Notes: a model not told the origin generated them from the letters alone. DNA of 64,000 nucleotides from Mobula birostris (GCF_030028105.1 NC_092375.1:145045035-145109034), one strand, 5' to 3'; positions 47,570 through 61,334 are shown, counted from the stretch's first letter. Translations and numbers: made by a program.

Positions 47570-48580
47570 TTTGTATCAGCAGCATCTGTGGAGGGAAGTG
47601 AACAGTGGACCTTTTGGGTCTGAAACTTCAGCTAAACTGAAAGAGTAAAGGGGAGGAGTGGACAACAACTGACAAGATGGAGGGATCTAAGTGGGGGGGT
47701 ATGCAGATGGTTGAGTGAAGGGCAGAGACAGTTACAGAGGCTGGGAGCTGATAGATGGAGGCAGCAAGGGGCTGATGATAATGCAATCTAATAAGAAAGG
47801 AAGCTGGAATGTGTAAGCAAGAGAGGTGGTGTGAGCAGATGGCAAAACGTGAGGTGTGCGTGGGGGTGTGATGACAGAGCAGGCAGAGGAAGGGAAATAA
47901 GCAGGCTAATCAGGTCTTCAGGGGAAGGGGGGGCGGATGTTGGCTATGATTAAGAGGAACTGGGTAGATGAGAAGGGAGAGAAAGAGTACAGAGGGAGGG
48001 GACACCACCTGAAATTGCAGAACTGAATGTGAATGTTGTCAGGCTGTAGACTACCAAAAAATAGGAGATGCCGTTCCATTAGTTTGCATTTGGCTGAGGT
48101 GGGTGTCAGAATGGAGAGGGGAAATTAAAATGTCAGGGAAGGAAAAGGGATGGATGGGGCAGAAGGAGTGAATCAGAGAGTCATGAAGAAAGTAGACTTT
48201 GCAGAGACCAGAAAGGGGTGGGGAGGGGATGAGGCTGGCGGTGGGGTCTGTTGCAACTAATAGGAAAATGGCAAAGGATGATGTGCTGGATAGTGAAGCT
48301 GCTGGGGTGAAAGGCAAGGGTCAAGGGAACTCTATTCCTGTTCTGTTGGAGAGGAGGAGGGATGAGAAAGTTTGGAAATGGAGGAGATATGGGTGAACGT
48401 TCTATCAACCAGAAGTGATGGGGAAGGGTGGGAGGTCATGTTTCTTAAAAAAAAGAGGACATCTCGGGTATCTTGGAGTGGAAGGTCACATCTCCAGAAC
48501 AGATGTAGAGGAGATAGATAAATTAAGAAAAAAGAATGGTGTCATTACAAGTGACAGGGTGAGAGGAAGTGCAGTTTAAA
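47570..48580 (-). mobile_element. Decayed PLE fragment
   Basis: NRVPLTLAFHP motif; PLE tail near 47580-47640. Confidence 0.65.
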
Positions 48581-48681
48581 TAGTGCACCCTAACGTGGAT
48601 AAATCCCCAGGGCCTGAGAAAGTGCATCCTCAGACATTTTGGGAGGCTAGAGAAGAAACTGTGGAGGCCTCTGTGGATTTA

Positions 48682-50261
48682 CAGTGTCTAAGAAAAGTAT
48701 TCCCCCCCCCCCCACCGTTGGAGGTTTTTATGTTTTATTGTTTTACAACATGGATTTAATTTAGCTTTTCTGACACTGATCAACAGAAAAAAACTCTTAC
48801 GTGTCCAAGTGAAAACGGATCTGTACAAAGTGATCTAAATTAATTACAAATAGAAAACACAAAATAACTGATTGCATATGTATTCTCTCCCTTTTAACAT
48901 GACACACCAAATCATGACTGGTGCAGCCAAATGGTTTTAGAAATCACATAATAAGTTAAAAGGAGATCTGTTTTTGGAGACCTGTGTGCAGTCAAGGTGT
49001 TTCAATTGATTGTAGTAAAAATACACCTGTATCTGGAAGGTCCAACTGCTGGCAAAAACAATACCATGAAGACAAAAGAGCACTCTAAGCAACTCCATGG
49101 AAAGGTTACAGAAAAGCACTATTCAGAAGATGGATACAAGAAACTTTCCAAGTCGCTGAATGTTCCTTGGAGTACAGTTCAGTCAAACATTAAGAAATGG
49201 AAAAAAAATGGCACAGCTGTAAATCTGCCTAGAGCAGACCGTTCTCAAAAACTGAATGACCGTGCAAGAAAGGGACTAGTGAGGGGGGCCACCAAGAGGC
49301 TTATGACATCTCTGGAGGAGTTATCAGCTTCAGTGGCTGAAATGGGGGAGATTGCACATACAACAACTGTTGCTTGGGTGCTTCACCAGTCGTAGCTTTA
49401 TAGGAGAGTGGTAAAGAGACACCCACTGTTGAAAAAAAACTCCCAGGAAATCTCGGCTTGTTTGCCAGAAGGCAAGTGGGAGACCCTGAAGTCAGCTGGA
49501 AGTAGGTTCTATTGTCTGATGAAACCAAAACTGAGCTTTTTGGCCATCGGACTAAATGTTATATTTGGTGTAAGCCAAACACAGCACATCATCAAAAACA
49601 CACCATCCCCACCATGAAGCTTGGTAGTGGCTGCATCATGCTGTGTGTTTGAAGGCTTATGAATGTAGAAGGTAAAATGAATGCAGCAAAATACAAGAAA
49701 TCATGAAGGAAAACCTGATGTCTTCTGTAAGAGATCTGTGACTTGGGAGATTTGTTTTCCAGCAAGGCAATGACGCCAAGCATAAAGCCAACGCTACACA
49801 GGAAAGGCTTGAAACAACAAAGTTAATGCCCTGGAGTGGCCAAATCAGAGTCCAGAACTCAATCCAATTGAGAATTGTGGCTGGAATTGAAAACAATCCC
49901 CATGAAATCTGACAGAGCTTGGGCAGTTTTGCAAAGAAGAATGAGGGAGAAAAGTGTCGTGTCCAGATGTGGAAAGCTGATAGAGACCTATCCACACAGA
50001 CTCAAGGTTGTAATTACCACCAGAGGTGCATCTACTAAATACTGACTTGAAGTAGGTGAATATTTATGCAATCAATTATTTTGTGTTTTATATTTGTAAT
50101 TAGTTTAGATCATTTTGTAGAGATCTGTTTTCACTTTGAGATGAAAGTCTTTTTCTGTTGATCAGTGTCAAAAAAGCCAATTAAATCCATTGTGATTCAA
50201 TGCTAAACAATAAAACATGAAAACATCTGGAGGGGGAGGTGAATACTTTTTATAGACACTC
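48682..50261 (+). mobile_element. Tc1/mariner (Passport-like) transposon, second copy, inserted in a CR1 fragment
   Basis: TA flanks; long TIRs; MKTKEHSKQLHGKV..., SDETK, WPNQSPELNPIEN. Confidence 0.9.
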
Positions 50262-51292
50262 TACGTGCTTCATTGCTGTGAACTGGTGAAGTTTCCAAGA
50301 ATTGGAAAGTGGCAAATTTTGTTCCATTGTTTAAGAAGGGAAGCAAGGGCAAGCCAAGGAACAACAGGCTCGTCGGCCTGACATCAGTCGTGAGGAAGCT
50401 ACTGGAGGGAATTCCTGGGCACAGGATCTACCAGCATTTAGATAGACGGAGTCTGATGAGGAAGAGTCAGCAAGGCTTTTGGCATAGAAAATAACACATG
50501 ATGAGCCTTCTGGGTTTTTTGAAAGGCTGACCAAAAAGGTACTGTTGATTAGGATGAGGTAGTGCAAGTTATCTATTTGGACTTAGCAAGATTTTTGACA
50601 AGGTTCCACATGGTAGGACAAATTATTTTATTATCATATGTACAAATATGAAAAAATTGTCTTGCACGCTGTTCATACAGGTCCATAGTGCATTGTGGTA
50701 GAATACGGTAAAACAATAAAAAATGCAGAATAAACTGTAAAGGCTAAAGAGGATGTACAATACAGGTAAAGAATAAGTGCAAGATCATATTGAGGATGAC
50801 TGTGACGTCAAGAATCTATCTTGTTGTATAAGAGGTTTATTCAAGAGTCTGATAACAGTGGGATAGAAGCAGTCCTTGAGCCTAGTTGTATGTGCTTTCA
50901 AGCTTTTGTATATCCTGCCTGATTGAAGGGGGAGAAGAGAGAATGTATAGGGTGGGTGGGGTCACTAATTATGCTGGTTATTTTACTGAGGCAGTGAGGA
51001 GTATAGACAGTCCATAGAAGAGAGGTCTGGAAGGCTAAATCCCATGGGATCCTGGGAGATCTTGAAGTAGCAAATGGATTTCAATACAGTTAAGTTTGAA
51101 GTGATGCATTTTGGTAAGTCAAACCACTGTTGTATACTATAAATGATAGGGCACTAGGGAGTGTAATGGAACAGAGTGAATGGAGTACAGGTGCATATAG
51201 TACTGCGCAAAAGTCTCAGTCGCCCAGGTTTTTTATATGGTTTCAGATGGTATGGCCTCCACAGAGCCCTGATCTCAACATCATTGAGGTGG

Positions 51293-51643
51293 ACACGAGG
51301 AATTCTGCAGATGCTGGAAATTCAAGCAACACACAACAAAGTTGCTGGTGAACGCAGCAGGCCAGGCAGCATCTCTAGGAAGAGGTACAGTCGACATTTC
51401 GGGTCGAGACCCTTTGTCAGGACTAACTGAAGGAAGATCTAGTAAGAGATATGAAAGTGGGAGGGTGAGGGGGAGATCCAAAATGATAGGAGAAGACAGG
51501 CCAGCTCTTGGCTCCATCCCTCCTCCTCCTGTCTTCTCCTATCATTTTGGATCTCCCCCTCCCCCTCCCACTTTCATATCTCTTACTAGATCTTCCTTCA
51601 GTTAGTCCTGATGAAGGGTCTCAGCCCAAAACGTCGACTGTAC
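51293..51643. mobile_element. Fold-back PLE tail insertion with two opposed hammerhead motifs
   Basis: 116-bp arms 51385-51500 and 51528-51643; TSD ATCATTGAGGTGG at 51280-51292 and 51644-51656. Confidence 0.88.
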
Positions 51644-51674
51644 ATCATTGAGGTGGTCTGGAATTACCTGGGGA

Positions 51675-54600
51675 GGTAATTGTATGTGGCCTATCAGTGG
51701 CATCAACAGAGCTCTACCAAGAGGGATTTCTTGCAGGTTGGCTGCAGTTATTTAAAAAGGGAGCTTCGAGAGCGTTTGTCCATTGTATGTGGCCTATCAG
51801 CGGCATCAACAGAGCTCTATGAACTAAATAAAGAAGGGATAAGCGGAGTGGCCGTTGTCGGGAATAGGCCAGTGGCGAGAGTAGAAGTGACAGGCTTTGG
51901 CTCAAAGGAGGCTTCGGCTTGGAAGAGGCGTTGGCTCTGTGTAAAGCGTCTGTTAAGGTCTCCTTTTTGGCTTTTCCCCCCTCTTACTGTAAAATTTAAA
52001 TGGCTGTGGTGTGCTCTTCATGCCGGATGTTGGACAACTGGAGGACCCAGAATCTCCCGGGGAACTACATCTGCGTGAAGTGCATCCGGCTGCAGCTCCT
52101 TGAAGACCGTGTTAGGGATCTGGAGCAGCAACTGGATGACCTTCAGCTTGTACAGGAGAGTGAGGAGATAATTGATCAAAGTTGCAGGGATGTAGTCACT
52201 CCAAAGTTGCAGGAGGTGAGCAGCTGGGTGACCGTCAGGAGAAATGCAAATAGTCAGTTAGAGCAGAGCACCCCTGTGGCCATTCCCCTCAAAAATAAGT
52301 ATACTGCTTTGGATACCTTTGAGGGGAATGATCTCCCAGGAGAATGCCACGGTGACCGGGTTACGTGCACTGAGTGGTGCAGAAGGGAAAGGGAGAGAAG
52401 AAGGGAGCAGTAGTGATAGGGGATTCAACAGTGAGGGGAACAGACAGGAGATTCTGTGGACGTGAACAGGACACCCGGATGGTATGTTGCCTCCTAGGTG
52501 CCAGGGTCAGGGATGTCTCAGATCACGTCCATAACATTTTGGAGAGGTGGCGGGGGGTGGGGCAGCCAGATGTCTTGGTACATATTGGTACCAATGACAT
52601 AGGATGGAAAAGTGAAGAGGTTGAGAACAGAGAATTTAGAGAGCTAGGTAGAAAGCTGACAAGCAGGACTTCCCGGGTAGTGATTTCTGGATTGCTGCCT
52701 GTGCCACATGCCGGTGGGGGTAGAAACAGGATGATTTGGCGGATAAATGTGTGCCTGAGAAGCTGGTGCAGGGGGCAGGGTTTCAGGTTCTTGGATAATT
52801 GGGATCTCTTCTGGGGGAGGTATGATCTGTTCAGAAGTGACAGGTTACACCTGAACCTGTGGGGGACCAATATTCGTGCAGGCAGATTTGTTAGAGCTGT
52901 TGGGGAGGGTTTAAACAAACTTGGCAGGGGCGTGAGAACTGGTGTGAAGGGACTCAAGATAGGATGGATGGTGAAAAAGTAAAGATAGCGTACAGTCAGA
53001 TTGTTAGGAAGGGCAGGCAGGTGATGGGACTTAGTTGCAGCCAACAGGCTGAGTATCAAATCTTAGGGATGCAGAGTCAGAAAGGATAGCAAATATGGTA
53101 TTCAAGGTGTTGTATCTAAATGCACATAGTATAAGAAATAAGGTGGATAATATTGTTGCAATATTAGGAATTACCAGGTATGACATCACTGAATCGTGGC
53201 TGAAGGATGGTTGTAGTTGAGAGCTAAATGGCCAAAGTTACATGTTATATCGGAGGGATAGGAAGGTAGGCAGAGGGGTGGTGTGGCTCTACTGGTAAAG
53301 AATGGCATCAAATCAGTTAGGAAGATGTGACATAGGATCGGAAGATGTTGAATCCGCGTGGGTTGAGCTAAGAAACTGCAAGGGTAAAAGGACGTTGATG
53401 GCAGTTATATACAGGCCTCCCAAAAGTGGCTAGGAGGTGGACCACAGGTTACAACAGGAAATAGAAAAGGCGAGTCAAAAGGGCAATGTTATGGTAGCCT
53501 TGGGAGATTTTAACATGCAGGTCGATTGGGAAAATCAGGTTTGTTAATGGATCTCAAGACAGAGAGGGAGTTGAATGCCTAAGAGATGGATTTTTACAGC
53601 AGTTTGTCGTTGAGCCTACTAGGAGATCAGCTATACTGGATTGTGTGTTACGTAATGAACCGGAGGCGATTAGAGAGCTTAAGGTAAAAGAACCCTTAGG
53701 AACCAGTGATCACAATATGATTGTGTTCAACTTGAAATTTGATCGGGAGAAAGTAAAGTCTGGTGTAACAGTATTTCAGTGGAGTAAGGGAAATTACAGT
53801 GGTATGAGAGAAGAGTTGGCCAAAGTAAATTGGAAAGAGCTGCTGGTAGGGATGTCAGCCGAGCAGCAGTGGCGTGCATTTCGTTGAAAAATGAGGCAGA
53901 TGCAGGACACATATTCCAAAAATGAAGAAATACTGAAATGGTAAAATAGTACAACCGCGGCTGACAAGGGAAATCAAAGCTTTTATAAAAGCAAAAGAAA
54001 GAGCATACAACAAAGATAGAGGATTGGGAAGTTTTTAAAATCCTTCAGAGAGCAACTTAAAAAAATTATTAGAAGAGAAAAGCTGAAATATGAAAGCAAG
54101 CTAGCAAATAATATCAAAGTAGATAATAGAAGTTTTTTCAAATGTGTTTAAAAATAAAAGACAAATGAGAGTGGATAGAGGACTGCTGGAAAATGTGGCA
54201 GGAGAAATAATAATGGGAGACAAGGAGATTGCTGATGAACTAAATGAGTATTTTTGCATCAGTCTTCACTGTGGAAGACACAAGCAGTATGCCTGATATT
54301 GTAGTGTTTGAAGGAGGAGAAGTGGGTGCGGTTACTATTACAAGGGAGAAGGTGCTCAAAAAGCTGAAAGACCTAGAAGTAAGTAAGTCACCCAGACCAG
54401 ATGAACTGCACCCTAGGGTTCTGAAAGAGGTAGCATTGGAGATTGTGGCAGCATTAGATCTTTCAAAAATTATTGGACTCTGGCATGGTGCCAGAGGACT
54501 GGAAAGTAGCAAATGTCATTCCACTCTTTAAGAAAGGAGGAAGGCAGCAGAAGGAAATTATAGATCAGTTAGCCTGACCTCAGTGGTTGGGAAGATGTTA

Positions 54601-55968
54601 GAGTCAATTGTTAAGGACGAGATAATGGAGTACTTGGTGACACAGGATAAGATAGGACAAAGTCAGCATGATTTCCTTCAGGGAAGATCCTGCCTGATGA
54701 ACTTGTTGAAATTTTTTGAGGAGATCCCAAGTAGGATAGATAAAGGGGATGCAGTGGATATTGTATATTTGGACTTTCAGAATGCCTTTGACAAGGTGCC
54801 ACACATGAGGCTGCTTACCAAGTTAAGAGCCCGTGGTATTACAGGAAAGTTACTAACATGGTTAGAGCATTATCTGATTGGAAGAAGGCAATGAGTAGGA
54901 ATAAAAGGATCCTTGTCTGATTGGCTGTTAGTGATTAGTGGTGTTCTGCAGGGTTTGGTGTTGGTACCACTTCATTTTATGCTGTATATAAATGATTTAG
55001 ATGATGGAATAGATAGCTTTGTTGCCAAGTTTGCAGATGACATGAAGAATGTTGGAGGGGCAGGTAGTGTTGAGGAAGCAGATAGGATGCAGAAGGACTT
55101 AGATTAGGAGAATGGGTAAGAAAGTGGCAAATGAAATACAATGTTGGAAAATGCATGGTCATGCACTTTGGTAGTAGAAGTAAATGTGCGGACTATTTTC
55201 TAAAAGGGGAGATAATCCAGGAATCTAAGATGCAGAGGGACTTGGGGAGTCCTTGTGCAGAACACCCTGAAGGTTAACTTGCAGGTTGAGTCGGTGGTGA
55301 GGAAGGCAAATGCCATGTGAGCATTCACTTCAAGAGGTCTAGAATACAAGAGCAGGGGTGTGATGCTGAGAATTTATAAGGCACTGGTGAGGCCTCACTT
55401 AGAGTATTGTAAACAGTTTTGGGCCCCTCATCTTAGAAAAGATGTGCTGGCTTGGGAGAGGGTCCGGAGGAGGTTCACAAGGACGATTCCAGGAATGAAA
55501 GTGTTATCATACGAGGAACATTTGATGGCTCTGGGTCTGCTCTCGCTGGAATTCAGAAGGATGGGGGGGGGGGTCTCATTGAAACCTTTCGAATGTTGAA
55601 AGGCTTAGACAGGGTAGATGCGGAAAGGATGTTTCCCATGGTGGGAGAGTCTAGGATGAGGGCACAGCCTTTGGATAGAATGGCACCCTTTCAAAACAGA
55701 GATACAGAGAAACTTCTTTAGCCAAAGGGTGGTGAAATTGTGGAATTAGTTACCACATGCATCTGTGGAGGCTAGGTCGTTGGGTGTATTTAAGGCAGAG
55801 ATTGATAGGTTCTTGATTGGACATGTCATCAAAGGTTATGTGGAGATAGCTGGAAAATGGGGTTGAGGAGGAGATAGAAAAAAGGATCAGCCATGGTTGA
55901 ATGGTGGAGCAGACTCAATGGGCCAGATGGCGTAATTCTGCTCCTATGTCTTATGGTCTTATATCTTA
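51675..55968 (+). mobile_element. Near full-length CR1 LINE (5' UTR, ORF1, ORF2), disabled
   Basis: ORF1 zinc finger/leucine zipper (CSSC...CVKC...LEDRVRDLEQQL) and SGNH esterase (VIGDS, HIGTND, DRLHL); ORF2 APE (GDFN, SDHN) and RT (KFADD); tail CTTATGGTCTTAT. Confidence 0.92.
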
Positions 55969-56545
55969 TGGAGACAACAAGTGAAACAGCTAAAGTCTGA
56001 ACAAGAACTGTGGCAAGTTCTTCAAGCCGATTTTTGTATAAAACTGCACAACAGTGTACAGTACCTTAGAGAATTGATGCAGTTTTAAAGGCAAAGGGTA
56101 GTCACACCAAGTATTGATTTGATTTAGCTTGTTTTTTTTAACTGTTTACTGCTCTTTGTAGTTTTTTTGATCTTTGGAAGCTTTACATTTCATTTTTGAA
56201 AAGCACCTTTGCTTTACGGTATTTTTTTTACATGTCACTAAGACTTTTGCACAGTACCTTGGTTCATTTAAAATGGCACCATCGGCAGACAGTGTGGTGA
56301 GAAAGGTGTTTAGCACGCTGACCTTCAGTCAGGGCAGTGAGCATAAGAGTTGGGGTATTATGTTCCTGAGGGTAGACCTGGCCAGGTCTTTATTCCTCAG
56401 AGAAAGAGAGCTGACCTTCAGTGCTTCATAAAATCATGAGGGGCATGGATAAGATGGATGGCAACAGTCCTTTCCCCAGGATAGCGGAGTCCAAAACTAG
56501 GGGTGGGAGGTTTAGGGTGAGAGAGGTAAGATTTAAAAGGGACAG

Positions 56546-59500
56546 CGTCAGTCCTGCACCGGCAGACCCCTCCCAGTCTCGGCCTAGCTAACAGGTGTCA
56601 CCTGTCACTTGTTTTCAACTCATCACCTGCAGCCTATTTAAACCGAGCTCACATTCTCAGACTGCTTCACCCATTGAACCAGCCGGGCGCAATCAGGCTC
56701 TCCTAGCCTTCGCTTAACTTGTTGCCTTGTCGTGTTAAATATCTGTTCTGCCTTGTTTTTCGGCTTGATATTGTGCAGTTTATTATTAAAATGATGGCTT
56801 ACTGCTACATCACCTCTGCTGCTCCATGTTTGGGTCGATCAACCTCTACATTTCCCGACGTGATGGGTGAACCAATGATTGTCTCTCTTCCAACTCTCCG
56901 TCTAGATACAGCAACCCTGCGACAGTTAACCTCCTCCCTTGGAGCCCTGGATTCCAGTGCCCAAGTGCTTTGATAGGTTCCCAAGCCGATGCACAAATTC
57001 CTGTCCCAGAGCATCTTGTACTCTACAGATCAAGCCAAGATTCCCTTCATCATCCCTCTCATGACTGAGTGCGCTCTGCCCTGGACCGCCACTAACTGGG
57101 ACAATAAAACCTCCATTTGCAGTAAATGTGAGGAATTCACTGCTGGGGTGCACCAGGTTTTTGACCATTCGGGAGGTGGAAGGGAGGCAGTGGATCTGAT
57201 ACTTTGCCTGCATCAAAGCTCATGCCCTGTGCTGGATTACGCGGTGGAATTCTGGTGCAGCTGGAATGCAGAAATACTGCTGGCCCATTATCATCTCGGC
57301 CTCTCGGCACACTTGAAAAGTGAACTGTCCACCTAGGAGATGCCCACTGACCTCAAAAGCCTCATCATTCTGGCCCTCCGTGTTGACAAGTGTCTAATGG
57401 AATGATCCTCCAGATCACCAGCCTGAGCCCCAGTTCCATTCCCAGAACCATTTCATTCTCAACAGCAATGTCTTCGGAGCCCATGCCGTGAGGGGAAGCT
57501 TCTTTCTTTAAACCTTCCAAGAATGTGTGCATCGTTGGAGAAACAACTTGCGCACTTACTGCCGAACCGCTGATCACCCACTCATCAAATACCCACTGCG
57601 TCCGGGGAAACGGCACCACCAGGTAGAGACAAGGAGTCTTCTACCCATGAGGCTCGACCTCAGTCCATCATTCCAGCAGCACAGCCTGACTCAGTCTCCC
57701 TGTTCTCCACACTCTAAAAGCACTGTGGATATTGGCGTAGCAGGCAGCTTTCTAGACTGGACTCTGTGTGTGCAGCTGGGGACTCCCTCCACAGGCTCTC
57801 TCTCACCCCTTCTGCATCATGGCCATTGATTGATGTCCCCTGGGGTCTGGGATGGTCAGAGCGTGCACACAGCCTGCGCACATCAGCATCTGAGAGCACT
57901 GCAAGTTCATCCAATTCCTCCTTATCGACTCACCCAACAATCCTCTCACCTTGGGTTACCCCTGGCTCTCCACTCACAACCTTCACTTCATCTGGTCATC
58001 CTGTTCACTGCTGAGTTAGCGACCCATCTGTTGGACCACCTGCCTGCAACCTCAGTTGACTTCAAGCAGTAAATCCGTGGAGACGGAGGAAATCCTTGAC
58101 CTCACCAAACACCCAGAGGACTACAACTTAGCCATCACCTTCAGTAAAAGGGTAATCCAGCACCTTGCTGCCTCACAGACCACAGGAGGGGAGAGAGACC
58201 ACAGGACTGTGCATCAGTTTCCTGTGAACTATCTCTCCCCAGGTTATCTGTTGGCTCTCTCCCCTCCTGAGAACCAAGCCACAAACGATTACATTGCTAA
58301 AGTGCTACAGCATGGCTTCATTCGAACATTCTAGTTCCCGACTGCTTCTTTGTCAAAAAGAAGGATGGGGTCTTTGTCCCTGCATAGACTACCATGGACT
58401 CTACAAAATCACTGTAAAGAACTGCTACCATCTCCACTTGATGATTGGTGCGTACGAAACACACTGCGGGGCCCATAGCTTCACCAAACTGGATCTATGC
58501 AGCGCATACAGCCTGAACCGCAACTGCCGGGGTTCCTAACACTCACTAGTCACTATGAATGTTTGATGATGCCTTCCAGCTTTCCAGCAATACAGCCGTT
58601 TTCCAAGCCTTTGTTAATGAGATCCTCCAAGACAAGCTACAGAGTATGTGTTTGTCTCCCACAGTGGCATCCTCATCTTCTCTAAGGACCCCCAAGACCA
58701 CTTCTGTCATATCCATTCAATCTTTCAACATCTCCTCAAAACAAATTGTACTACAAGTTAGAGAAATGCCAATTCAACAACCCAGTCATTTTCTTCCTGG
58801 GTTACATTTTTTTTTAAACAAAGACATAGCCATGGACTCAGAAGGTGCGTACTGCTGTTGAATGGCCCCGACCATGCTCCCTCGAATAGCTACGGTGCTT
58901 TTGGGCTTCTCCAACTTCTACCACCATTTCATCAGGAACTACAACCAAGTTGTCACTACTCTCCCCATCACCTATCTCATGGCTTGCTACCAGAGCCATC
59001 CTCTCCAAATGAGGGCCTGGTGGGAAGACACGCCCTAGTGCCTTTTTTCTCAAGCAAGTTCAAATGGGCCTTGGAGGGATGGAGACAACAGCAGAAGGGG
59101 AATATGGAACCTTCCCTGATTTGGACTTAGCACAAGAACCTCATATCCATTCAGCAGACATGCCAACTCTACCCATGTCAGACTCATTGGGCCCACTTCT
59201 TCAACCAATTCAACTTCACCATCTCATACTGACCTGGTTCCAAGGACACTAAGGTGGACATCCTGTCATGACAGTTTGACCCAGCCGAAATGGTAAGTGT
59301 CCTTCAGCCCATCATTCCACCCTTGCAGATCCTCCCCTGATCCTTTTGGATCTTGAGAACCTGATCTGCCAGGCCCTACAGCTCGAGCCTGCTCCAGCCA
59401 GCACACAACAACTGAACATACATTCTGGAGCTTGTACGCTCTGAGGTACTCCATTGAGCCTGTTCCTCACCCCTTTCTGGCCATCCAGTGACACAACAAA

Positions 59501-61330
59501 CCCTGGATTTTCTGCGACACAGCTCTGGTGGGCAACCATAACGTACAGTACGTCAGTTCATAGCTAGCTGCGATGAGGCCATTGTGATCATGATAGTGGT
59601 GGACCAGCTCTCCAAGGCAGCCCATTTCATTGCCCTCCCCAAATCTCTGTCAGCCACCGAGATGGTGGGTCTGGTCCTCCAACATTTAGCTTGCCTTTCT
59701 GTTTCCTCTCAGGATTTTGTGTCAGACTGGGGCCCGCAATCTATCTTTTGCTTCTGGTGAGACTTCCGCTCCTTCCTCTGCACCTCAGTGAGTTTATCAT
59801 CAGCAGATGAACGGTGAGTCCAGAAAGAGCCAATAAGCAGGTAGAGAGGTTTTTGCAATGCTTTGCCACCTCTAGCATTTCCACATAGAAGAAGAATCTG
59901 CTCTGAGCTGAGCTGTCTCAAAATTTATACACCTTCTCTACCATGGGCATGTCACCCTTTGCAGTGCTGCATGGTTTCCAATCCCTGTTGCTCCCCACAG
60001 AAGAGCCAGTGGTGGAGGTCTCATCCGCCATGGCCCTGGTTTGCCACTTCCTGAATTTTGGAAGAGGGCACGGAGTGCCATCCTAGCTGCCAACCACACC
60101 TACTGCTGTCAGATCAACCATGAGCAGTGCCCAACCAGACTACTCTGGCATTGGGACTGTGTTGGGCTTCCACCTAAGATCTGCCCCTGCGCATTGGTGT
60201 CCACATACTCTCACCCCAATTCATCTGTCCCTTCAAGATCGTCGTCATCATCGTGGCTATCCCTCGAGGTTGAGGATGATGGTCTTTGTTCTGTTGATCT
60301 ACAAAGTTTGTACTTATGGGCTCTCAAGTGGCTTATGAGTCCAATCTTGGCTTTGAAAGTTCTTCCGCATTAAGGACAGGTAGTTCCGAATGGCAGATGG
60401 GGCTTTGGTTGATGCTGCCTCTCTTTCCATTTTCTTCTCTTTTTATTCTAATTCTGCACATCTGTTGGCTTTGAAAGTTGCTGTTCTTTCTCGGATGATG
60501 GCTTGCCAGAGTTTCCGGTCCTTGGCATTGGTTTCCCAATTGTTGATGTCGATGTTGCATTTCTTCATGTTGGCTTTTAAGATGTCTTTGAATCTCTTCT
60601 GTTGTCCGCCTCTTTTACGTTTGCCTTCTTTAAGCTGGGAGTAGAAGATTTGTTTTGGTAGACATTCGTCGTTCATTCGAACAGCATGACCGCTCCATCT
60701 TAGTTGGTTCTTGATGACGTAGGCTTCAATGCTTGTTGTTTTTGCTTCATTTAGCACAGACATTGGTTCTTCTATCTCCTCAGTTGATATTTAAGATGTT
60801 TTGAAGACAGCGTTGATGGAACTTTTCAAGTGCCTTCAGATGTCGTCGGTATGTTGCCCAGATTTTTGATGCATACAGGTGTGTTGGGATTACCACTGCT
60901 TTGTACACTAACATTTTGGTGTCTGTTCGGATGTCACGATCATGAAAGACTCTTGTTCGGAGACGTCCAAAAGCTGTTCCAGCGCATTTAAGACGGTGTT
61001 GGATCTCGTCGTTAAGGTCGACATTGGAGGAGAGGTGACTTCCAAGATACGGAAAGTGGTCCATGTTTTCCCTTCAAGATCACCCTTTGCATCAATCCAG
61101 TCACTTATCTCCAGCTGCCACCATCCCTCAGCATCACACCTACCTTCCACATGTCCTCCCACAGGCCTATTGTCCTTGGACCAGTCAACCCGCCTGAGCC
61201 TGCACCTCTGGAACCTAGGATGGTAGAAGGTGGTCATGTACGCAATGTACTGGTTGATTCATTGTGGATGGCGTTTGCAGTACCCAGTTGACAGGGAAGG
61301 GTACTGCATGGAGGAAAGGTCTTGAGTGTC
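56546..61330 (+). mobile_element. Decayed Ty3/Gypsy chromovirus (Sushi-like)
   Basis: gag KIPFIIPLMTECALPWTA; RT LCPCIDYHGLYKITVKNCY and FTKLDLCSAY; IN VVDQLSKAAHFIALPK; chromodomain QYPVDREGYCMEERS*V near 61278-61328; putative 5' LTR about 56546-56865. Confidence 0.82.
60241..61068 (-). mobile_element. RTE-clade LINE 3' portion inserted in the Gypsy integrase
   Basis: DHFPYLGS, QLRWSGH, GGQQKRFKD; (GAT/GAC)n tail; TSD TCCCTTCAAGATC at 60228-60240 and 61069-61081. Confidence 0.92.
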
Positions 61331-61334
61331 ATTG

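Larger units (their letters stand above)
51198..56259 (+). mobile_element. Internally deleted Tc1 element hosting a PLE hairpin and a CR1
   Basis: TIRs AGTACTGCGCAAAAGTCTCAG and CTAAGACTTTTGCACAGTAC; WPPQSPDLNIIE motif; C-terminus AVLKAKGSHTKY* near 56080-56117. Confidence 0.8.

Noticed and set aside
56989-57336. Domesticated Mart/PEG10/RTL-like gag gene
   Set aside because: The surrounding Gypsy gag-pol is riddled with stops and frameshifts, so it is a neutral fossil.
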